In this document: one piece after another, positions 39,497-49,697 of the stretch
How the letters are laid out: every line of letters begins with the position of its first letter
How positions within the stretch are numbered: the stretch's first letter is position 1
Origin: Deltaproteobacteria bacterium
GTDB lineage: Bacteria; Myxococcota_A; Polyangia; Polyangiales; Houyiibacteriaceae
Assembly (NCBI GenBank): GCA_034670305.1
Contig: JAXMNT010000030.1
Location: 29,026-93,025 of the forward strand
DNA length: 64,000 nucleotides
Direction: 5' to 3'
Position numbers and translations under genes: made by a program
The notes under the pieces: generated by a model
What the model saw: the letters and a program-made list of their open reading frames with translations, nothing else
The model's database searches: none
Told to the model about the DNA's origin: nothing

Positions 39497-40579
39497 TCAG
39501 CCGCCGGCGGGAAACACGATGCAGATCTCGGTGCCGCGCGGGTGCACCGGAAGGACCTCGATCGAGCCGCCGGCGCCCAACACGATGCGGCGGCACAACG
39601 TGAGCCCGGAGCCGGTGCCCGTCGGGCGCGTGGTGTAGCCGAGCCCGAACACCTCTTCGCGCAACGCCGCCGGAATGCCCGGACCGTCGTCCAACACCCG
39701 TACCGCGACGGATTCGTCGCTCCGCTTGGCCACCACCACCTGAATCCGTGAGCCACCGGCCTCGGCAATCGCGTGGCGGGCGTTGAGGATCAAGTTGACG
39801 AGCACCTGCGCCAGCTCCGATGGGCGCAACGGAACATCGGGGGTGGACGTGGAGCGGACCTTGAGCGCCGCGACCCCGCGCACATGCCGCCCAAGGATCT
39901 GCTCCACCGAATGCGCCACCGAGACCGGATCGCAACGGCCTTTCAGGCGGGAGCGGTCGGCCAAGCTCGTCATGAAACGGGTCAGCTGTTCCACGCCCTC
40001 CATGATGCCGCCCAAGTGTTCGACGACATCCACCTGGGTGGCCTGCGGCGCCAGCTTCTCCTGGAGCGCTTGGGTGTCGAGAAGCAAGAGCTGCAGCACA
40101 TTGCTCAGTTCGTGGCTGATCTCTGCGCGCACTTGATCCATCGCATCGCGCGGGAGGTCTTGGAGCAACCGCGCCTCCAACACGCGCGTCTCGGCGCGCA
40201 GGCGGTGAACCTGGTGCGCCGAATCGATCGCGTCGAAGAGCAGGTCGGCGTCGAACGGTTTGGCGAAGTACCGGTGGACCGCGCCACGGTTGATCGCGTC
40301 CACCGACGTGGTCAGGTCGGCGTAGGCGGTGAGGATCATTCGGAGTGTGTCCGGCTGGGTCTCTCGAAACCGCTCGCACAGCTCCACCCCGGTCATGCCG
40401 GGCATGCGTTGGTCCGCGATCAGTACCGACACGGGCCGCGACTGGGCGATGCGAAGTGCTTCTTCACCGGAGGCGGCTGTCTTGAGGTTGGGCAGCCGCC
40501 CGTCGAAGACGTATCGAAAGGTGGTCCGGTTGGCCTCCTCGTCGTCGACGTACAGCACGATGGCGGGGCGCACGTTCAC
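39497..40579 (-). CDS. Hybrid REC-histidine kinase
   Basis: VDDE, DQRMPG; H-box SHELSN; NLILNA, DDGPG and GSGL boxes. Confidence 0.9.
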   Translation of the reverse strand: MNVRPAIVLYVDDEEANRTTFRYVFDGRLPNLKTAASGEEALRIAQSRPVSVLIADQRMPGMTGVELCERFRETQPDTLRMILTAYADLTTSVDAINRGAVHRYFAKPFDADLLFDAIDSAHQVHRLRAETRVLEARLLQDLPRDAMDQVRAEISHELSNVLQLLLLDTQALQEKLAPQATQVDVVEHLGGIMEGVEQLTRFMTSLADRSRLKGRCDPVSVAHSVEQILGRHVRGVAALKVRSTSTPDVPLRPSELAQVLVNLILNARHAIAEAGGSRIQVVVAKRSDESVAVRVLDDGPGIPAALREEVFGLGYTTRPTGTGSGLTLCRRIVLGAGGSIEVLPVHPRGTEICIVFPAGG

Positions 40580-41706
40580 GTCTCCTCTCCCTCCGAAACG
40601 AGGGGAAGATCTAACACGAACCGCGCGCCACCGCTGGGGGGTGACTCGTACGACAACGCGCCGCCCGCATCCGCCGCCAGTCGGCTCGCCACCGCCAGCC
40701 CCATCCCGGCCCGATCCGGCCGCGTTGTGAAGTGGGGGTCGAAGATCGACGCGATCTCAGCATCGGGCACGCCTGGGCCATCGTCTTGCACCGACACCGT
40801 GGCCCGCCCGTCGCCAGCCTCTACCTGGACGTGGATTTCACCGCCCGTGTCCTGGACCGACTGCAGCGCGTTCATCATCAGCTGCACGACGAGGTGCGAG
40901 ATCTCGGAAGGCTCCATGCGCACCCGAGGCGACGCCCCGAGCGAGACCACGATCTGGGTCTGCCCGCCGGGCCGTGCCTTGATCAGTCCCCGCACCAGGC
41001 GACCGGACGCGTCCACCACCCGCGACAGGTCGACGATGGGGGGCGGCGGCCGACCCGGCAGGCCCGCCGCCAGACGCGACTGGAACTCGACGAGTCTCGA
41101 CACACAGAGGGTGAGCTCGCCAGCGCTCGACCGAAGTTCGTCGTGGAGCTGGGGCAGCCTTTCTGGACTGGCCGAGGTCAGGTCGGAGAGGTGTTTGCTC
41201 CAGGTGTCCAGCGTCTCCAAGTGCTGCGCCAGTTCGGAGTTTGCCTCCCGCGTCATCGTGTGGACCGGAACGTCCGCGCTGCTTCGCAAGAACGTGTGTT
41301 GCAGGTCCCGCACGGTGCGGGTCGCGTGCACGAAGTCGATCGCCTGCGAGAGCGCGGACTCCAGGTACTCGTTGCGGATCGGTTTGACGAGGTACCGCAT
41401 CACGCGCCCGCGGTTGACCGCGTCGATCGCCATGTTCACATCCGCGTAGGCCGTGAAGAGGATGCGGACCATGTCGGGGTGGGTCGCGAACACGCGCTCG
41501 CACAACTCGACGCCGGTCATGCCGGGCATCTTGTGGTCGGCCAGCAGCACCGCGTAGTCCGAGGCTTCGATGCGCTCGAGCGCCTCCTCGGCGGACTGGG
41601 CGATGTCCACGCGGAACCCACCCTCCAGCGCATACTGGATGGCGACGAGGTTGCCGTGGTCGTCGTCCACGTAGAGCACCGGATAGTTGGTCCGATCGAC
41701 GGTCAC
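40576..41706 (-). CDS. Hybrid REC-HATPase protein lacking the canonical H-box His
   Basis: Intact REC (DHKMPG); the H-box position reads TREANSE; N, G1, F and G2 boxes present. Confidence 0.85.
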   Translation of the reverse strand: MTVDRTNYPVLYVDDDHGNLVAIQYALEGGFRVDIAQSAEEALERIEASDYAVLLADHKMPGMTGVELCERVFATHPDMVRILFTAYADVNMAIDAVNRGRVMRYLVKPIRNEYLESALSQAIDFVHATRTVRDLQHTFLRSSADVPVHTMTREANSELAQHLETLDTWSKHLSDLTSASPERLPQLHDELRSSAGELTLCVSRLVEFQSRLAAGLPGRPPPPIVDLSRVVDASGRLVRGLIKARPGGQTQIVVSLGASPRVRMEPSEISHLVVQLMMNALQSVQDTGGEIHVQVEAGDGRATVSVQDDGPGVPDAEIASIFDPHFTTRPDRAGMGLAVASRLAADAGGALSYESPPSGGARFVLDLPLVSEGEET

Positions 41707-44453
41707 GCGCTGACCTCCAAGCTGGTCTCGAGTCGAAGAGGGAAGTTGAGTGTCACACAGGCGCCGCCCAGGCGCTCGGATGTACCCAGCACGACCGATC
41801 CTCCGTGGGCGCGCATCACGTCATCGGCCACGCTCAGACCGAGGCCGGTTCCTTCACCGGAGACACGACTCGTCACGAACGGCTCCAGCGCTCGGTCAAC
41901 GATGTCGTCGTCGAACCCGGGACCGGAGTCCTCGACGGTGATGACGTACCGACCCGCCTCCGCGGTGCCACTGACGAAGATGCGACCACGCGCCCCGACC
42001 GCCCGGGCTGCGTTGTCGATGAGGTTGAGGAACACATGGTTCAAATCTCCGGGCCGACCGGAGACCCGGGTCTCCAGATCCACTTCGGTCTCCACCGTGA
42101 TGTCGTCGGGCAAGCGGGCGCTGAGCAACCGCACGGCGGCCATCAAGCCCTGACCGGGCACGAGCTCGCCTTCTTCCTCTCGGTCCACCCGCGAGAGATC
42201 GAGCAAGTCGAGGGTGATGCGTTCGATCCGGTGCGCACACTCGACGAACAACCCGAGCATCTCCTCGGTGCGAGGGTCCACTTTGCCCTCGAGTTTCTTC
42301 CGCACCGCAGGCAAGCCACTGACCAAAGCGGTCAGTGGGTTGCGCACATGGTGGGCGACCGATGCGGCGAGCACGCCGAGCGTCGCCAGGCGCTCCTGGT
42401 GGGCGAGCCTGGCGCCGAGCCGGCGGACCCTCATGTGGACGTCCAAACGCGCGAGCAGCTCACGCCCGTGGAACGGTTTGACCAAGTAGTCGTCGGCCCC
42501 GGCGTCGAACCCTTCGAGCACATGGTGGGGCTCCCCGCGCGCCGTCACGAGCACGATGGGCAGATCGCTCGTCTTCGGTGTGTTGCGCAGACGGCCGGTC
42601 AGCTCGAGGCCGGAGATCCCCGGCAGGGACACGTCGGTCACCACCGCCGCGGGACGCAGGACCGTCGCTGCCGCAAGGGCGCTCTCCGCGTCTCCGAACG
42701 CTTGCACTTGGTAGCGGGCGCTGAGCACCTCCACGATGAAGCGCGCCAGATCGGGGTGGTCTTCCACCACCAGGACCAATGGCGCATGCACGTCGCCGAC
42801 GCGTGCACCGTCCACGCCGCGGGTCGGGTGAGAGACTTCGGTGCGAAGCACGGGCACGGGGCTGCGGCGCGCGACGACGCGGGGCAACTGAATCCGGAAG
42901 ACCGACCCCTTGTCTTGCTGGCTCTCCACCGACGCCGACCCGCCGTGGAGGCGTGCTGCTTCCTTGACGATCGCGAGGCCGAGGCCGGTGCCACTGCGCG
43001 ACCGTTCGTCCGAGGCGCGTTCGAACCGCTCGAACACGCGTTCGAGATCCTCGGCCGGAATGCCAGGCCCATCGTCGCTGACCTCGAAGGTGATGTCTCC
43101 GCCGGTGTCGTGGGCTCGAACGGAGATTCTTCCGCGGGCGTAGCGCAGCGCGTTGGCGAGCAGGTTCGTCAGCGCATTGGACATCCACTCTGCGTCGAGT
43201 TCGAGCACGTGGGGCGCGTCGACCTCGGTCTCCAACTCCAGTCCGCGTTCGGTGGCCGCCAGACGGAACGGGTCCACGCATGCGTCCACCAACTGGGTCA
43301 CATCGATCGGGGACGTCGAGAGGGTGGCCTTGCCGGCGTCGACCTTCGAGACGTCGAGGAGCTGATCGATCAACCGGTGCAAACGCCGCGCGTTCGCGTC
43401 GAGGGAGACCACCTCCGGGGAGGACTCGAGCGCCTCCGCCAGTTTTTTGGTGGCGGCGAGGATCAACGTCAGCGGGGTGCGGAGTTCGTGGGACACGTTC
43501 GCGAAGAAGTTCGTCTTCGCTTCGCTCAACCCGCGCAGCTCCTCCAACGTCTGCGCAAGCTGCCCGGTGGTGCGGTGGAGTTCGGCGGTGCGCTCTTCCA
43601 CCCGCCGCTCCACGGCACTCTTCGCGTCTTGAAGTTGCTCGAACCGCTCTTCGAGCTGGGTCACGCTCTGGGTCAGCGCCTCGTTGGTCTCGAGGACCGT
43701 GCGGGCCTGGGCGGCGACATCCCACTTCAGCTCCAGTTGCCGAAAGAAGCTCCAGATGCCCACCGCGCCGAGCAGCCCGGCGCCACCAACCACCAGCGCT
43801 GGAGAAGCGAATGCGCTCGAGGCCTGCGACGCGAGGACGGCCGCGGTCGCACCACCGGCCAGGAACCCGAGTCGCGACCGCCAGCGGGGAATGCGTGCGG
43901 TGAACTCGACTTCGTAGATGCACGCGTCGGCCCCCTCGTGCAGACACGTTGGGTGCCGGACCGTGGCCATGGGCAGATCGAAGAGCGTGGGGAGCGCGGC
44001 GATGTTCTCCAATCGGCCGAGGCAGACCAGCGGTTCGGTTTCGCGCGGCGCGCCCTCGGCGGTGACGTACCGAAGCACCACCCGACCGGCACCCCGTTCG
44101 AGCACCGAGAGTTCGCCCACCTTATTGAACCGAGCGAGCGCCTTCGTCATTTGTTCGTACGCGCTGGCCGGATGCCCGAAGGTTCGAAGCAGACCGCGCA
44201 GTGGCCCCATGTAGGTCGCGTCGTAGGCGAGCCGCGCCGTGCGCCGAACGAAGAGCGGATCCCCGCTCGCGGTCACGAGTGCGTGGACCAGGTCCTGGCA
44301 GACCTCGAGGGAGATCCACGCGCTTCGATCACTGACGAGTGCGCGGTCGACGGTTGCGGCGCGGAGCAGCCCGTCCACCTGCCCTTCTCCGAGCAGACGA
44401 TCCGCCTCGTCCACGAGTGGCGCCAGGAATGCCGCATGCACTTCCGGTTTCAC
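41703..44453 (-). CDS. Membrane hybrid sensor kinase: V4R/HNOX-like sensor-2TM-HK-REC-HK
   Basis: CLHEGADACIYE V4R-like motif, 2 TM, SHELRTPL, REC (TDVSLPG), second HK HHVRNPL; start GTG 44453. Confidence 0.88.
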   Translation of the reverse strand: MKPEVHAAFLAPLVDEADRLLGEGQVDGLLRAATVDRALVSDRSAWISLEVCQDLVHALVTASGDPLFVRRTARLAYDATYMGPLRGLLRTFGHPASAYEQMTKALARFNKVGELSVLERGAGRVVLRYVTAEGAPRETEPLVCLGRLENIAALPTLFDLPMATVRHPTCLHEGADACIYEVEFTARIPRWRSRLGFLAGGATAAVLASQASSAFASPALVVGGAGLLGAVGIWSFFRQLELKWDVAAQARTVLETNEALTQSVTQLEERFEQLQDAKSAVERRVEERTAELHRTTGQLAQTLEELRGLSEAKTNFFANVSHELRTPLTLILAATKKLAEALESSPEVVSLDANARRLHRLIDQLLDVSKVDAGKATLSTSPIDVTQLVDACVDPFRLAATERGLELETEVDAPHVLELDAEWMSNALTNLLANALRYARGRISVRAHDTGGDITFEVSDDGPGIPAEDLERVFERFERASDERSRSGTGLGLAIVKEAARLHGGSASVESQQDKGSVFRIQLPRVVARRSPVPVLRTEVSHPTRGVDGARVGDVHAPLVLVVEDHPDLARFIVEVLSARYQVQAFGDAESALAAATVLRPAAVVTDVSLPGISGLELTGRLRNTPKTSDLPIVLVTARGEPHHVLEGFDAGADDYLVKPFHGRELLARLDVHMRVRRLGARLAHQERLATLGVLAASVAHHVRNPLTALVSGLPAVRKKLEGKVDPRTEEMLGLFVECAHRIERITLDLLDLSRVDREEEGELVPGQGLMAAVRLLSARLPDDITVETEVDLETRVSGRPGDLNHVFLNLIDNAARAVGARGRIFVSGTAEAGRYVITVEDSGPGFDDDIVDRALEPFVTSRVSGEGTGLGLSVADDVMRAHGGSVVLGTSERLGGACVTLNFPLRLETSLEVSA

Positions 44454-45202
44454 CGCACGCGCCCCCACGCGATGAACAGCGGCGCGGAGGCGAAGGACCG
44501 ACTCGAAGCCAACCACTGGTCGATCTCGCGCGACCCTCGTCGGACGAACTCTGGGTCCGGATCGGCGCGGTAGTGGGTGTCGAGCAACATCCGGCCGAAC
44601 GTATCGCGCCCCAGCCGAAAACTCGTGACCATCGTGCATTGCACTTCGACCGACTCGAGGCCGGCCTCGCTCATCCGCTGCGACAAGTGCCGACCGATGT
44701 CCGGCATCGCACCGCGGGCGCGCGTTCGTTCCATCCAGCGCCGTCGGCCTTCCGCGACGGTGGGCAACACCGGATCCGACACGAACCCGGACACGTCGGT
44801 GTCGACGACCAGCACCAGTCCGCCGGGCGCGACGACACGGGACATCTCACGCAACGCCGCGGTCGGGTCCGGGACGTGTTGCAACACGAGTCGGGCGTAG
44901 GACGCGTCGAACGCACCGGATGGGAACGGCAGCTGGTGCACGCTGGCCCTCGCCCGTTGACCCGACATGCGCGAGAGGGCGTTCGCGTCGAGGTCGACCC
45001 CGACCACCTCCGGTCCAAACGAACGCAGTACCTGGGCCGGGGCGCCGGTGCCCGCGCCAACATCGAGGATGCGCCGCGCGCTCCACAGCCCGGCCCGGCT
45101 GTAGTGCGGCACCTCGATGCGTCGGATGAGCGCCGCTTGCGCTTCGAGCCGACGCGCCTCTGCATCCGCTGCCGCGTACACCGCCAAGGAGTAGCCACTC
45201 AC
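44450..45202 (-). CDS. Class I SAM-dependent methyltransferase
   Basis: ILDVGAGTG, LPFPSGAFD, LQHVPDP and PGG motifs. Confidence 0.9.
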   Translation of the reverse strand: MSGYSLAVYAAADAEARRLEAQAALIRRIEVPHYSRAGLWSARRILDVGAGTGAPAQVLRSFGPEVVGVDLDANALSRMSGQRARASVHQLPFPSGAFDASYARLVLQHVPDPTAALREMSRVVAPGGLVLVVDTDVSGFVSDPVLPTVAEGRRRWMERTRARGAMPDIGRHLSQRMSEAGLESVEVQCTMVTSFRLGRDTFGRMLLDTHYRADPDPEFVRRGSREIDQWLASSRSFASAPLFIAWGRVR

Positions 45203-47412
45203 GCGGACACCTTGGACACCTCGCGCGGCGCGCCGTAAGCCTCGGTCAAGAACGACGAGTACCGCCACAAGCCGGCCCGCGAGAGTACGTAGGCTGTGGC
45301 GTCGACCACGTGCTCGAGTCCCGCTTGCTGGAGCGACGAGGGGGCGACGCACGCCGGCGCGAGTACGAGCCGATTCGGCTCATGGGACTCGAGAGGAAGC
45401 TGCATGAGGGCTTGTTGGATCGTCGCGCCGAAGGGTTCTGCGTTCTCGTAGTGCAGAGGCAGCACCCACGTGGCGTTGAGCAGTCCAGGCAGACACAGCC
45501 CGGGGCTGCACCGTTCGGTGAGCAGGGCGACCCGCGGCCTCGGCCGATCTTCGACGAGCATGGTTCGCTGGCGCACCAGTCCGTGCTCGGCAAACGCGCC
45601 TTCGATGTCGGTCGCCAAGAGTCCTTGCGCGGTCATCGCCAAGCCGCGGGCGGCGAGGTGCCCCAGATCCCGCGACGCGGCGCGCGCGATGAGTGAGATG
45701 TCCGCCGCCCGGGCTTCGCGCATGGGGAGGGGCAGACTTGTGGTCGGCTCCACCTGACGCAGTCGGCGAACCATCCACACCCGGAGCTCCGCACACGCCA
45801 TCGCTTCCGCGGTCCCGGTGAGTTCTTGAAAACGCTGGTGAAGGCCGGCCATCTTCGCGTTGCCGGACTTCGTGAAGAACACCATGTGTCGACAGGTCGG
45901 ACGCGGAAGCACGTCCTCGAGGAACGCGAGCAACAGGGTGCCGGGCGTGCAGCCACCGCGGCCGGGGATCGCGGCGAGGTGCTCTCCAAGCCAGGTGTCG
46001 TTCCAAGCGCGCAACGCGGTGACACTGGCCACCACTTCGTCGTTCTCGACCCGGTGCAGGGTCCGGCAGATGCCAGAGTCGGGCGCATGCGCGCGCCGCC
46101 AGTTCGCCTCGGCGTCGCCCGACCGCAACTGGTCCTCCATGTACGGCATCAGCAGACCCATGCGTCGGTACAATGTCATCTGAGGTTCAAACGCCGCTCC
46201 GTCGTGCGGCGTGAGTTCGGGACGACGCAACCGCGCGACGAGATCGTAGAGGTCCCGCGAACGTTGATCGGCTGGCAGCAAGAACTGCGCATGACACTCG
46301 ATCCGTGTCGAGGTTGGCTCGAGCCCCCGAACCTCGAGGGTCCCGAGTGGAATCGTGCTGTGCGCGGTCAGCAGGTCGGCGTCTGCAAGCTTCAGTTCGT
46401 GCCAGAGGATGTTCCGCTCGCCTGCCGAGAAGCGCAGCCCGCCCACGCTCACATCCAGCACCCGCTCCTGCACCCGCGTCCCCGTGATCGGATTGGTGAA
46501 CGCAATCTGCATTGGTTCGCCCATCGGGATCTCGGTGCGCTCGTCGGTTCGCCGTTGGCAACGACGCAGCACGAGCGGGAACGACGTGCGGTCGACCGAG
46601 ACGCGTCGCACCATGGCCTCGTACGCCATGCCGAAGAGCCGGAACCGAAACCGCCACGGGTCCGCGGGCACCTCGCCCGAGAACTGGAGTCGATCGCGAG
46701 ACACCCGTTCGATGCGATGTCCGGAGTCGTCGAGGGGCACCGCGAGCAGCCCCGCGAGTTCGAGCAGACGCCGAACCTGGTCGGGGTCGTCGACGACGTC
46801 GTAGTCGATGGGCTCCGGCAGCGGCGCCACATCGAAACGGGCGCGTACCAAGAAGCTCGAGCCGCCGTCCGAACGCACGAACGGGTGCGAGCCCACGACG
46901 GCTGCGGGAGCCCGTCGGAGCACACCTCGATCGCCCACCACGATCACGGTGCCGAGCGACGTACCTGGTGGGAACCCGCGTGAAGAATGGAAGGAGCACA
47001 TGTCGTTGGAGACGTCTCGGATCGGCAGCGCCCGGAGATCACCGACGCCTCGACTGGCAACCAGCACCAGACCCTCCGCCGCGATCCTGCGACGGTCGAG
47101 CTGGTCTTCCATGCGCGCGCCCTCGAGCGCGACGGCGAGGGTCCGTGGGTCGATCGCCCGGGCGTGCCGCGCGACGAGTGTCCAGTGACCGATGCCCGGG
47201 TCGGTGGAGTGGACGTAGAGCGGTTCGGAGGAAGCCTCCGGACACAGCGCGCGTGCCGCGACGGGCGCGAGGGTCAGCCAGGACTGGCCATCGATGGTTT
47301 CGACGTGGGATGCGGACCCCTCGCACAACGGTCCACCTCCCCTGCGCACGAGCAGCGGAGCCAAGCGATGGGCCGCATGACGAGCCCGCATCTCAATCGA
47401 TGCTGTGGTCAC
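45199..47412 (-). CDS. PilZ-domain protein with C-terminal GNAT/FeeM-like acyltransferase-type domain
   Basis: QRRTDER + DVSVGG c-di-GMP motifs; an earlier degenerate PilZ (DRRR...DVSND); C-terminal alpha/beta domain LYRRMGLL...VVASVTALRAW...EHLAA (fold inferred). Confidence 0.7.
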   Translation of the reverse strand: MTTASIEMRARHAAHRLAPLLVRRGGGPLCEGSASHVETIDGQSWLTLAPVAARALCPEASSEPLYVHSTDPGIGHWTLVARHARAIDPRTLAVALEGARMEDQLDRRRIAAEGLVLVASRGVGDLRALPIRDVSNDMCSFHSSRGFPPGTSLGTVIVVGDRGVLRRAPAAVVGSHPFVRSDGGSSFLVRARFDVAPLPEPIDYDVVDDPDQVRRLLELAGLLAVPLDDSGHRIERVSRDRLQFSGEVPADPWRFRFRLFGMAYEAMVRRVSVDRTSFPLVLRRCQRRTDERTEIPMGEPMQIAFTNPITGTRVQERVLDVSVGGLRFSAGERNILWHELKLADADLLTAHSTIPLGTLEVRGLEPTSTRIECHAQFLLPADQRSRDLYDLVARLRRPELTPHDGAAFEPQMTLYRRMGLLMPYMEDQLRSGDAEANWRRAHAPDSGICRTLHRVENDEVVASVTALRAWNDTWLGEHLAAIPGRGGCTPGTLLLAFLEDVLPRPTCRHMVFFTKSGNAKMAGLHQRFQELTGTAEAMACAELRVWMVRRLRQVEPTTSLPLPMREARAADISLIARAASRDLGHLAARGLAMTAQGLLATDIEGAFAEHGLVRQRTMLVEDRPRPRVALLTERCSPGLCLPGLLNATWVLPLHYENAEPFGATIQQALMQLPLESHEPNRLVLAPACVAPSSLQQAGLEHVVDATAYVLSRAGLWRYSSFLTEAYGAPREVSKVSA

Positions 47413-47684
47413 GCCGAAAGTCTACCAGGGGGGATTGGGGCAAATCGTCGGGGTAGACTTTGTTCTACCGATCCATGGTCAGAAGTTGGCACATCCCCAT
47501 CCTGGGTACTCGCCGAGGCGTTCGGGAAATCCCAATGTTCACTTGGGGTTACAGGAAAACGATGGGCTGCTGTCAGAGACCTCGCGGAGAGTGCCTCCGG
47601 AGGTGTTCCAGCGGCCCGAGGGGCGAAGTGGCTCAAGCATCCGTAATCTTTGTCATTTTTGGCACTGAACGCTAGTCTTTTTCG

Positions 47685-49652
47685 GTGATGGGTTCGGAAG
47701 TCATCCGGCTGCTCTTGGTCGACGACGACAGCGTGGACGCCGATCTGATCCAGGAACATCTCGCCGATGGCCCGACTCCCATCGAGGTACAACACGTCCG
47801 GCGCGAAGCGGAGTACCGGACCGCGCTCTCGGCGCACGGCCCCTTCGACATCGTGGTGGCGGACTACCAACTGGGCGGCTGGAACGCGATGGATGCGTTC
47901 CGCATCATGCGCAGCCTCGGGTTGAATCTTCCGTTCGTGCTGGTTTCGGGGGAGCTGCAACGTGCGGTCGGCGCGACGATGAGTGCGGGGCTCGACGCGT
48001 TCGTCTCGAAGGACGAGATGGCGCAACTCGGTGCCGTGCTGACCCAGGTGCTCGAACGACGACGCGGGCACAAGCGGGTGGAGCTGGTCGAGCTCGCCCT
48101 CAAAGCAGAGGTGGAGCGTCATGGGCAACTGCTCGAGACGCTCCCCTTCTGTGTGTGGGAGCTCGACTTGGCGCCCGCGCTTCAGCGGCTCGCCACGGAC
48201 GAAGCCGATGTGTACGACGCCGCGGAGCAGGTGAAGATCGTGGGCTGCTCGAGACTTGCCAAGGGCCTCGGGTTGCAACCGGAACAGCTCTCGGAAGTGT
48301 TCACCGCGCTGCTGACCGCGTGGACCGAACGGTCGCCGACGAACCGACGGCTGTGTGCGAAGTTCGCATGGCGCGACTCGGGTGCGCCGGACTCGGTGCG
48401 CTCGTACCTGGCGCACGCGGAGCTCCCCCCCAAAGAAGAGACAAGACGGCCCGTGGCACTCGGGTTGATCGACATCACGAACCAGGAGCGCCTGGAATCC
48501 CAGCTGCTGGTCGCACAACGGCGCGACTCGATCGGTCAACTGGTTTCGGGCATCGCCCACGACTTCAACAACTTGCTGATGGTGCTCGGAACCTACGCGG
48601 AGTTGGTCCACGACGAGTTGCCACCTGGGCCGGTGGCCGAAGACGTGGAGGTGATGCAAGACACCGTGCAGCGGGCGACCGCGCTCGTGCGGCACCTGCT
48701 GGGATTCGGGCGCAGGCGGGGCGCAGTGCTGGAGGTCGTCTCCCTGGGAGAGATCGTTCAGAGCGCGCAGCGCATGCTGCGTCGGGTGCTCTCGGAAGAC
48801 ATCGAGATGTTCGTCGAAGTCGGCGAGGTGGTTCCCGTCACCGTGGATCGCACCCAACTCGAACAGGTGTTGATCAACTTGGTCATGAACGCGCGCGACG
48901 CGATGCCGCACGGCGGCGAACTCCACATCCGACTTCTCACCCAGACGATCGAGTCCGAAACCCACGAAGGCATGGCGTTCGAGCCGGGTCGATACGCGGT
49001 GCTCGAAGTGCGTGACACCGGGAGCGGGTTCGAGGATTCCGTCGGTGCTCAGATCTTCGAACCGTTCTTCACCACCAAAGACGAACGCGGCACGGGGCTC
49101 GGCCTCGCGGTGGTCATGGGCATCGTCGAAGAGAGTGGTGGACGCATCATCGCTGAGTCCGTGCCCGGCGAAGGGACCATGTTTCGGGTGCTCCTTCCGG
49201 AAGCGGTCGTGCAAACCGCCAGCGACCAGAAGCCCACCCGCCAATCCGGGACGCGTGTGAGGGCGAGGATCTTGCTCGTGGAGGACAACGATCAAGTGCG
49301 CTTCTCGCTCGGGAGACTTCTGGAGAAACACGGCCATCGGGTGGTGGCGACCCACCACCCAGACGAGGCCATCAAGCTCATCGACGAGGGCTCCTTCAAT
49401 GTGCTCGTCTCCGACATGGTGATGCAGGGCATGAACGGATTGGATCTCGCTCAGCGACTGCGTCTGGTCCATCCGCAGCTGGCGGTCGTGCTCTTGTCTG
49501 GGTACACAGATCACGACGCGCTCCCCGAGGTATTGCAGGCAGAGGACATCGTCTTCCTTTCCAAGCCCACCGACGGTGGACAACTGTCGGATGCGGTTCA
49601 ACGAGCGCTCGATCAACGTCCCGCCGACGCCGAGCAAGTCTCGGGCACCTAG
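47685..49652 (+). CDS. Hybrid REC-HK-REC sensor kinase (CckA-like)
   Basis: N-terminal REC; GIAHDFNNLL, NARDAM, FFTTK and GTGLGL; C-terminal REC. Confidence 0.93.
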   Translation: MMGSEVIRLLLVDDDSVDADLIQEHLADGPTPIEVQHVRREAEYRTALSAHGPFDIVVADYQLGGWNAMDAFRIMRSLGLNLPFVLVSGELQRAVGATMSAGLDAFVSKDEMAQLGAVLTQVLERRRGHKRVELVELALKAEVERHGQLLETLPFCVWELDLAPALQRLATDEADVYDAAEQVKIVGCSRLAKGLGLQPEQLSEVFTALLTAWTERSPTNRRLCAKFAWRDSGAPDSVRSYLAHAELPPKEETRRPVALGLIDITNQERLESQLLVAQRRDSIGQLVSGIAHDFNNLLMVLGTYAELVHDELPPGPVAEDVEVMQDTVQRATALVRHLLGFGRRRGAVLEVVSLGEIVQSAQRMLRRVLSEDIEMFVEVGEVVPVTVDRTQLEQVLINLVMNARDAMPHGGELHIRLLTQTIESETHEGMAFEPGRYAVLEVRDTGSGFEDSVGAQIFEPFFTTKDERGTGLGLAVVMGIVEESGGRIIAESVPGEGTMFRVLLPEAVVQTASDQKPTRQSGTRVRARILLVEDNDQVRFSLGRLLEKHGHRVVATHHPDEAIKLIDEGSFNVLVSDMVMQGMNGLDLAQRLRLVHPQLAVVLLSGYTDHDALPEVLQAEDIVFLSKPTDGGQLSDAVQRALDQRPADAEQVSGT

Positions 49653-49697
49653 CGTCTGCAGGCACCGAGCACGTCTCAGCACGCCTGGGGGCTTCGC

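Noticed and set aside
41805-44573. Very long opposite-strand or alternate-frame ORFs (e.g. 41805-44573, 6592-8793, 19762-22257, 47409-49682, 59694-62027)
   Set aside because: They shadow well-supported genes and have no motifs; long stop-free shadow frames are expected at high GC.
47486-47674. TTGGCAC sequences at 47486 and 47659 as sigma54 promoters
   Set aside because: Neither has GC at the required GG-N10-GC position (TC and TA instead).
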